This document shows, in pieces, positions 27,368 to 32,000 of a DNA stretch of 32,000 nt. The stretch comes from Thermosulfurimonas dismutans. GTDB taxonomy: Bacteria > Desulfobacterota > Thermodesulfobacteria > Thermodesulfobacteriales > Thermodesulfobacteriaceae. The number at the start of each line of letters is the position of its first letter. Position 1 is the first letter of the stretch. The translations under genes were made by a program, and so were the position numbers. Location: positions 1 to 32,000 of the forward strand of contig NZ_LWLG01000019.1 of assembly GCF_001652585.1 (NCBI RefSeq). Reading direction: 5' to 3'. The notes under the pieces were generated by a model, which saw only the letters and a program-made list of their open reading frames with translations, was not told where the DNA came from and ran no database searches.

Positions 27368-27396
27368 TTGAGATTGGGGCAGTTTGGGTGTATTAA
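27368..27396 (+). promoter_or_regulatory. Candidate promoter of the RHH-PIN operon (TTGAGA - 17 nt - TATTAA)
   Basis: Hexamers at 27368..27373 and 27391..27396. The antitoxin ATG is 20 nt downstream. Confidence 0.4.
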
Positions 27397-27416
27397 ATTG
27401 TAGTGGAGGTGATGAA

Positions 27417-27635
27417 ATGCGAGCAGTTTTGTCGGTAAGCCTTCCCGAAAAGCTGGCCAGGGAGTTGGAGGCTTTCGCCAAGGAAACCGGCCGCAATAAA
27501 AGCGATATCGTACGAGAGTCTCTAACCCTTTATCTCTGGGAAGCCCGGTTCAAGCGTCTTAGAAAGCAGCTCAGGCCTTTCGCCAAAAAGGCTGGTTTGA
27601 TGACCGAGGAAGATGTTTTTGAGCAGATTTCATGA
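27417..27635 (+). CDS. Ribbon-helix-helix (CopG-like) antitoxin
   Basis: LSVSLPEKLARELEAFAKETGRNKSDIVRESLTLYL is an RHH fold pattern. The ATG at 27417 follows GGAGGTG (track start at 27384 rejected). ATGA overlap with the PIN gene. Confidence 0.8.
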   Translation: MRAVLSVSLPEKLARELEAFAKETGRNKSDIVRESLTLYLWEARFKRLRKQLRPFAKKAGLMTEEDVFEQIS

Positions 27636-28033
27636 GGGTAGTCTTCGATACAAATGTTTTGGTGGCGGCTTTTGTCACGGAAGGATTATGTTCTGTGTTA
27701 CTCGCCCGTGCTCGTCGAGGAGAATTTGATCTTTTCGTTTGCCCGAAGATTTTGGAAGAATTTGAAAGGATTCTATCGGAAAAGATAAAAGTTCCGCGAG
27801 CCCTGATTGAAGAAGCTTTAAGTATGATCTTGGAAGCCTCCGAGATGATACAGCCCACTAGAGCCATTCAAGGAGTTTGCCGCGACGAAGATGATGACCA
27901 GATCCTGGCCTGTGCCCTTTCAGCCGAAGCGGATTACCTCGTGAGCGGGGATAAAGATCTTTTGGAGATTGGTAGCTTTGGAAACCTTAAAATCGTCCCT
28001 CCGAGAGATTTTGAGGCCTTGTTTGAGGATTAA
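27632..28033 (+). CDS. PIN-domain toxin (PIN_3/VapC-like ribonuclease)
   Basis: MRVVFDTNVLVAA (first acidic residue), CRDEDDDQILACA and VSGDKDLL (further acidic residues) are present, with typical TA operon architecture. Confidence 0.85.
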   Translation: MRVVFDTNVLVAAFVTEGLCSVLLARARRGEFDLFVCPKILEEFERILSEKIKVPRALIEEALSMILEASEMIQPTRAIQGVCRDEDDDQILACALSAEADYLVSGDKDLLEIGSFGNLKIVPPRDFEALFED

Positions 28034-28141
28034 GTATTGCCTAGTGATTCTAGTTTACGGTGCAACTCGCCCCTTTTCTATGGAACTCTTTTTTGTTATG
28101 GTTGGGAAAAGTCAGGGGGGTAAAACGGCCGTCCAAGGCGA

Positions 28142-28420
28142 ATGATAATCCCAGAACCCGGCCAGATAGTAAGGGTAAGGAACCAGACCTTTTTAGTTCA
28201 AGATGTTCACCCCTACTCAAACCCTGAGGCCACCTTTCACAAAGTCACCCTTGAGTCCTTGGAGGATCACCGCTTAGGCACATCCCTTGAAGTTATTTGG
28301 GAGCTTGAAGTCTCTCCCCGGGTCGAAGACGTGATAAGTTTTCCCGACCTTTCGGCCTGGGACCCTCCGGAAAGATTGGCCTCGGGTAAAAATATTTTGG
28401 ATCTGGAGTGGAGATCATGA
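28142..28420 (+). CDS. 92-aa protein resembling only the N-terminal domain of defence-island SNF2-type helicases; possible internal-deletion remnant
   Basis: [17 protein letters not shown]...[29 protein letters not shown]...DPPERL follows the N-terminal pattern I recall for SNF2 helicases encoded beside large methyltransferases. No ATPase motifs follow. The stop overlaps the hsdM ATG (ATGA). Confidence 0.45.
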   Translation: MIIPEPGQIVRVRNQTFLVQDVHPYSNPEATFHKVTLESLEDHRLGTSLEVIWELEVSPRVEDVISFPDLSAWDPPERLASGKNILDLEWRS

Positions 28421-30873
28421 ATAACGGAAAAATCACCTTGAAACAGCTCGAAACACACCTGTTTAAAGCCGCCGATATCCTGAGAGGCAAGATGGATGCC
28501 TCTGAATATAAGGAATACATCTTCGGCATGTTGTTTCTAAAGCGAGTTTCCGATGTCTTTGAGGCCAAGCAGGAAGAACTCAAAGAAAAGTTTAAAGCCC
28601 AAGGCTTTTCGGACCAGGAAGTAGAAGAACTTATCGAAGACCCCAATTTATACGCTGAGACCTTTTTTGTCCCTGAAAGGGCAAGGTGGAAGAACATCCT
28701 AAAACTTAAAGAAGATGTGGGAAACCAGTTAAACAAGGCCCTTTCCGCTTTGGAAGAACACAATCCCGAACTGGAAGGCGTTTTGAGGCATATAGATTTC
28801 AATGCGGTTAAGGGAAAAACCCGCCTCAAAGATCAGCAACTGGTGGATTTGATCCACCACTTCAATAAATACAGGTTAAGAAACGAAGATTTTGAGTTCC
28901 CTGACTTACTGGGAGCGGCCTATGAGTATCTGATTAAAGAATTTGCGGACTCTGCGGGCAAAAAAGGCGGCGAGTTTTATACTCCTTCGCAAGTAGTGCG
29001 GTTAATGGTGAGGCTTGTAAAACCGCAGGAAGGTATGACGGTGTATGACCCAACTTGTGGTTCCGGAGGTTTCCTCATCCAGGCAAGGCAGTATGTGGAG
29101 GAGCAAGGGCAGGATCCGAGAAACCTGGCTCTCTACGGTCAGGAATTGAATGGAGTTACCTGGTCGATCTGCAAGATGAATATGATTCTGCATGATATTC
29201 CCGATGCCTATATAGAGAATGAAGATACCATTACCACTCCTATGTTTGTTGAAAATGGATACATAAAGCGCTTCGACAGGGTTTTGGCCAATCCTCCTTT
29301 TTCTCAGAACTATAGCAAAGCAAACATGCAATATCCTGAAAGGTTCAAGTATGGCTTCACTCCGGAAAATGGAAAAAAAGCCGACTTGATGTTTTTACAA
29401 CACATGATCGCCAGCCTTAAGGATGATGGCGTTATGGCCACCGTAATGCCTCACGGAGTTCTTTTCAGAGGGGGGCAGGAGAAGGCCATTAGAGAAGGAA
29501 TTGTAAAGGATGACCTGATTGAGGCCATAATAGGCCTTCCCCCAAAACTTTTCTATAACACGGGCATACCTGCCTGCATCATAGTGATAAACAAGAGAAA
29601 GCCACCCCATCTCAAAGGAAAAATTCTCTTTATAAATGCTGATCGGGAATACGGAGAGGGAAGAAACCAAAACTATCTTAGGCCTGAAGACATTGAGAAA
29701 ATTGTTACCGTCTTTGAGGAGAAAAAGGAAATTCCGAAGTATTCAAGACTTGTGGATCTCAAGGAAATTGAGGAAAACGATTTTAACCTGAATATAAGAA
29801 GATACGTTGACAACTCTCCGGATCCTGAGATTGAGGACGTCCACGCCCATCTTGTCGGTGGAGTGCCCAAAAGAGAAGTAGAAATCTACAAAAAACAGAT
29901 GGAGAAGTTCAGAATCGGCCCGGAGGTTTTATTAAAGGAGAAAGATGACCGGTATTTTGAATTCAAAGAGATAAGCGAAAAAAACAAAATAAGAGAGATA
30001 GTTGAAAATCACAGTGGAGTTAAAGGAGTAATCTCAGAGCATTTTGAAAGGCTTTCCGAATGGTGGGAGAAGGTAAAAAAGGAGATAGAGGGTTTTCACG
30101 GCGGGAGCAACCTCTGGGATTTCAGAAACAGGGCAATAGCTGATTTGAAAGAAAAGTTACTGCCTCTTGGCGTTCTGGATGAGTTTCAGATTGCTGGCGT
30201 ATTTGTCAACTGGTGGGAAGCCCTGCGATACGACTTTAAGACCATCATTTCCTCCGGCTGGAGTAAAAGGCTGATTGAAGACGACAGGATTAAGAAAAAA
30301 TTCTTTTCTCAAGATTTAGAGGAGATCGAAGAGCTAGAGAGCAGGATTGCAGAAGTTGAAGGCGAACTGAACGAACTTCTAGATGAAGTTGAGGACTGGG
30401 ATGAGGAAGAATACGGAAAGAAGACCGCCAGTAAAGTGAAGAATTACCTGAAACAGATCGCCAAAGATTTGCGAGCCACTTTGCAGGAATCCGCCCTTAG
30501 AGAAGCCTCAAAGTGGGAAAGTTTGATCCAAAAAATAGAAAAAAAAGAAAGAGAACTGAGAAAGATTAAAAGAGACCTGAGAACAAAGGAGCAAGAGCTT
30601 GAAGAGAAAATAAAGCACAAGCGAGAATCTTTAACCGAAGGAGAGGCGAAAGAACTGCTCCTTGAGAAGTTTTACGATTTGATAAGCCAGCAGTTAGAGA
30701 AGTATCTGAATGCTGAAAAGAAAGACCTGATTAAGATTTTTGAGAAGCTGTGGGACAAATACAGCGTTTCACTGGAACAGTGGAAGAAAGAGCGAGATGA
30801 GGAAGTGCGAAAGCTTGACGATTTTCTGATAAGGCTGGGGTACTATGGAATATCTGCAAAAACTAGGACTTAA
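28417..30873 (+). CDS. hsdM: Type I RM-type N6-adenine DNA methyltransferase (HsdM family) with ~350-aa C-terminal coiled-coil extension
   Basis: HsdM N-domain [39 protein letters not shown] motif [13 protein letters not shown] and catalytic motif IV NPPF (29290..29301) are present. The ATG at 28417 follows GGAGTGGAG. The sequence after about residue 470 is coiled-coil and charged. Confidence 0.9.
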   Translation: MNNGKITLKQLETHLFKAADILRGKMDASEYKEYIFGMLFLKRVSDVFEAKQEELKEKFKAQGFSDQEVEELIEDPNLYAETFFVPERARWKNILKLKEDVGNQLNKALSALEEHNPELEGVLRHIDFNAVKGKTRLKDQQLVDLIHHFNKYRLRNEDFEFPDLLGAAYEYLIKEFADSAGKKGGEFYTPSQVVRLMVRLVKPQEGMTVYDPTCGSGGFLIQARQYVEEQGQDPRNLALYGQELNGVTWSICKMNMILHDIPDAYIENEDTITTPMFVENGYIKRFDRVLANPPFSQNYSKANMQYPERFKYGFTPENGKKADLMFLQHMIASLKDDGVMATVMPHGVLFRGGQEKAIREGIVKDDLIEAIIGLPPKLFYNTGIPACIIVINKRKPPHLKGKILFINADREYGEGRNQNYLRPEDIEKIVTVFEEKKEIPKYSRLVDLKEIEENDFNLNIRRYVDNSPDPEIEDVHAHLVGGVPKREVEIYKKQMEKFRIGPEVLLKEKDDRYFEFKEISEKNKIREIVENHSGVKGVISEHFERLSEWWEKVKKEIEGFHGGSNLWDFRNRAIADLKEKLLPLGVLDEFQIAGVFVNWWEALRYDFKTIISSGWSKRLIEDDRIKKKFFSQDLEEIEELESRIAEVEGELNELLDEVEDWDEEEYGKKTASKVKNYLKQIAKDLRATLQESALREASKWESLIQKIEKKERELRKIKRDLRTKEQELEEKIKHKRESLTEGEAKELLLEKFYDLISQQLEKYLNAEKKDLIKIFEKLWDKYSVSLEQWKKERDEEVRKLDDFLIRLGYYGISAKTRT

Positions 30874-30892
30874 TGAGAGGTAGATTAAGCTA

Positions 30893-31057
30893 ATGAAATT
30901 TGTAAAAGAAAACAAGGTTATAACCCTGTCCTCCGCAAAAAATTTGATACCTGATGTTTCGGACAAGACACTTTATAGAGACTTGCAGGAGTTGGTTAGA
31001 AAAAAGATACTAAAAGAAATTGGTGAAAAGAAGGGAAGAAAATATGTTCCTGCATAA
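30893..31057 (+). CDS. Small (54 aa) winged-helix DNA-binding protein (not in ORF track)
   Basis: Hand translation gives MKFVKENKVITLSSAKNLIPDVSDKTLYRDLQELVRKKILKEIGEKKGRKYVPA*. The pattern is that of DeoR/Fic-C-terminal-type wHTH. The SD is weak (GAGAGG 12 nt upstream). Confidence 0.5.
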   Translation: MKFVKENKVITLSSAKNLIPDVSDKTLYRDLQELVRKKILKEIGEKKGRKYVPA

Positions 31058-31152
31058 CAGGAATTTATCAGACATAACAACCATATTTTGGGCATTTATA
31101 TGAATGGAACAAAATAAGGTGATATAGTTTAATAAGAGGAGAGATAACCGAA

Positions 31153-31968
31153 ATGTACGAAGACTGTTTTTTGGCTTACCTGGACATACTGGGTTTTAAG
31201 GATAAAATAAAAGAGACAGAAATAAACCTAAAAGAATTAAAAACTTTAATTGAAGCTTTAAAAATAAATACGAAGTTCACACAATCAGGTGGAAAAAAGA
31301 CAACAGCTAGTGGGACGCTCGAAATACGGAGTTTCTTCTTTTCAGACAGTTTCCTTTTCATGATGAAAGCAAACAAAGAAAATCTACCACATCTCTTTCT
31401 TATTATCCGGTATCTGCAAGATAGACTTTGGGAATACAAACTGTGTTTAAGAGGTGCTATGGTAAAGGGGAAGATGTACTGGCCTAATATAAGAGAGAAC
31501 ATAATTTTAGGTCCTGCTATGATTAAAGCTTATAAGCTGGAGTCTGAAGTTGCAATATACCCAAGAATAATTGTAAGCGAAGATCTATACCGCTACATCA
31601 AAGATAAGAAAATTTCTGCATATCCTGTGTCCGAAGAGGGGGAATTAAAAGAATTTATCAAAAAAGACAAAGATGGCGTTTATTTTTTTGATATACTTAA
31701 TCCAAATATTTTGAGAAAAAAAGGAGAAAAGATAATTACGATAAATGAAAGAGAAAACATGATAGATAATGATACAAAATACGGGAAGTCTTTTAGTATT
31801 ACATGGAATTCATCTGAAGTTAGTAATTACGAGAATATCATAACTACAGTAAAAGAAATAGTCAAAAATAGTAAGGGAAATCAAAATCCGGTGGTTAAGC
31901 AAAAATATAGTTGGTTGTCGTACTATTTAGAAGAAGTACAAGAAAGAGAAAAGGAGGGCAAGAAATAA
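31153..31968 (+). CDS. Hypothetical protein with class III nucleotidyl cyclase-like (palm fold) motif pattern
   Basis: AGAGGAGAG SD upstream. Motifs hand-aligned to the cyclase homology domain are FLAYLDILGF (metal Asp 1), EIRSFFFSDSFLF (Asp 2), LCLRGAMVKGKMY (R.G..G), and ILGPAMIKAYKLES...PRIIVSE (G..VN.A.R.E...I.VS, with Asn to Ile and Arg to Lys). The gene is very AT-rich. The coding call is solid, but the function is an inference. Confidence 0.6.
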   Translation: MYEDCFLAYLDILGFKDKIKETEINLKELKTLIEALKINTKFTQSGGKKTTASGTLEIRSFFFSDSFLFMMKANKENLPHLFLIIRYLQDRLWEYKLCLRGAMVKGKMYWPNIRENIILGPAMIKAYKLESEVAIYPRIIVSEDLYRYIKDKKISAYPVSEEGELKEFIKKDKDGVYFFDILNPNILRKKGEKIITINERENMIDNDTKYGKSFSITWNSSEVSNYENIITTVKEIVKNSKGNQNPVVKQKYSWLSYYLEEVQEREKEGKK

Positions 31969-32000
31969 TAGATAACATTTCTGAGGATTGTTCAAAGAAA

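Noticed and set aside
28342-28349. 8-nt match (TCCCGACC) to the tRNA-Pro 3' end, considered as a possible att repeat delimiting an island
   Set aside because: An 8-mer match is expected by chance in 32 kb on two strands, and there is no extended flanking identity.
28293-28829. 178-aa minus-strand ORF overlapping the hsdM 5' region
   Set aside because: It is antisense to a gene with clear HsdM motifs. Its S/L/F-rich composition is typical of a shadow frame.

Overview
The window looks like a chromosomal segment from a thermophilic anaerobe. It is possibly a sulfate reducer of the Thermodesulfobacteriota type, but that is inferred only from a tetraheme cytochrome c3, K/E-rich proteins and gene content. 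Positions ~370-25110 are densely packed housekeeping genes: a MerR-type regulator, cytochrome c3, tatC/tatB, alr, a two-gene sufC-sufB/D unit, hisC, cmk, rpsA, sppA, an IHF/HU-Ppx/GppA fusion, guaB, pilC, a CbpA-like J-protein, tatA-resB, a split RsmF-like rRNA methyltransferase, HAD hydrolase, DUF167, DivIVA, YggT, a MoCF-binding protein, phoH, a ClC channel, flavin reductase, a TPR protein and DUF1992. Many ORF-track starts are over-extended, and I re-placed them using Shine-Dalgarno (SD) sites and conserved N-termini. One real gene, a 57-aa TatA at 16305-16478, is absent from the track. A tRNA-Pro(CGG) at 25149-25225 marks a switch to accessory, defence-type content. This region holds a decayed DNA polymerase III alpha (dnaE-like) fragment, rmuC, an RHH-PIN toxin-antitoxin pair and a 92-aa stub resembling the N-terminus of defence-associated SNF2 helicases, translationally coupled to hsdM. 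It also holds an unusually long (818 aa) HsdM-type N6-adenine methyltransferase with no hsdS or hsdR in view. The window ends in an AT-rich cassette with a 54-aa wHTH protein and a 271-aa protein whose motifs hand-align to the class III nucleotidyl-cyclase (palm) fold. That last gene, embedded next to a possibly incomplete RM/helicase system at the window edge, is my best candidate for part of an undescribed system. Its partners may lie beyond position 32000. I recognised no CRISPR array, rRNA, transposase or integrase. All homology statements are hand motif recognition without database searches.
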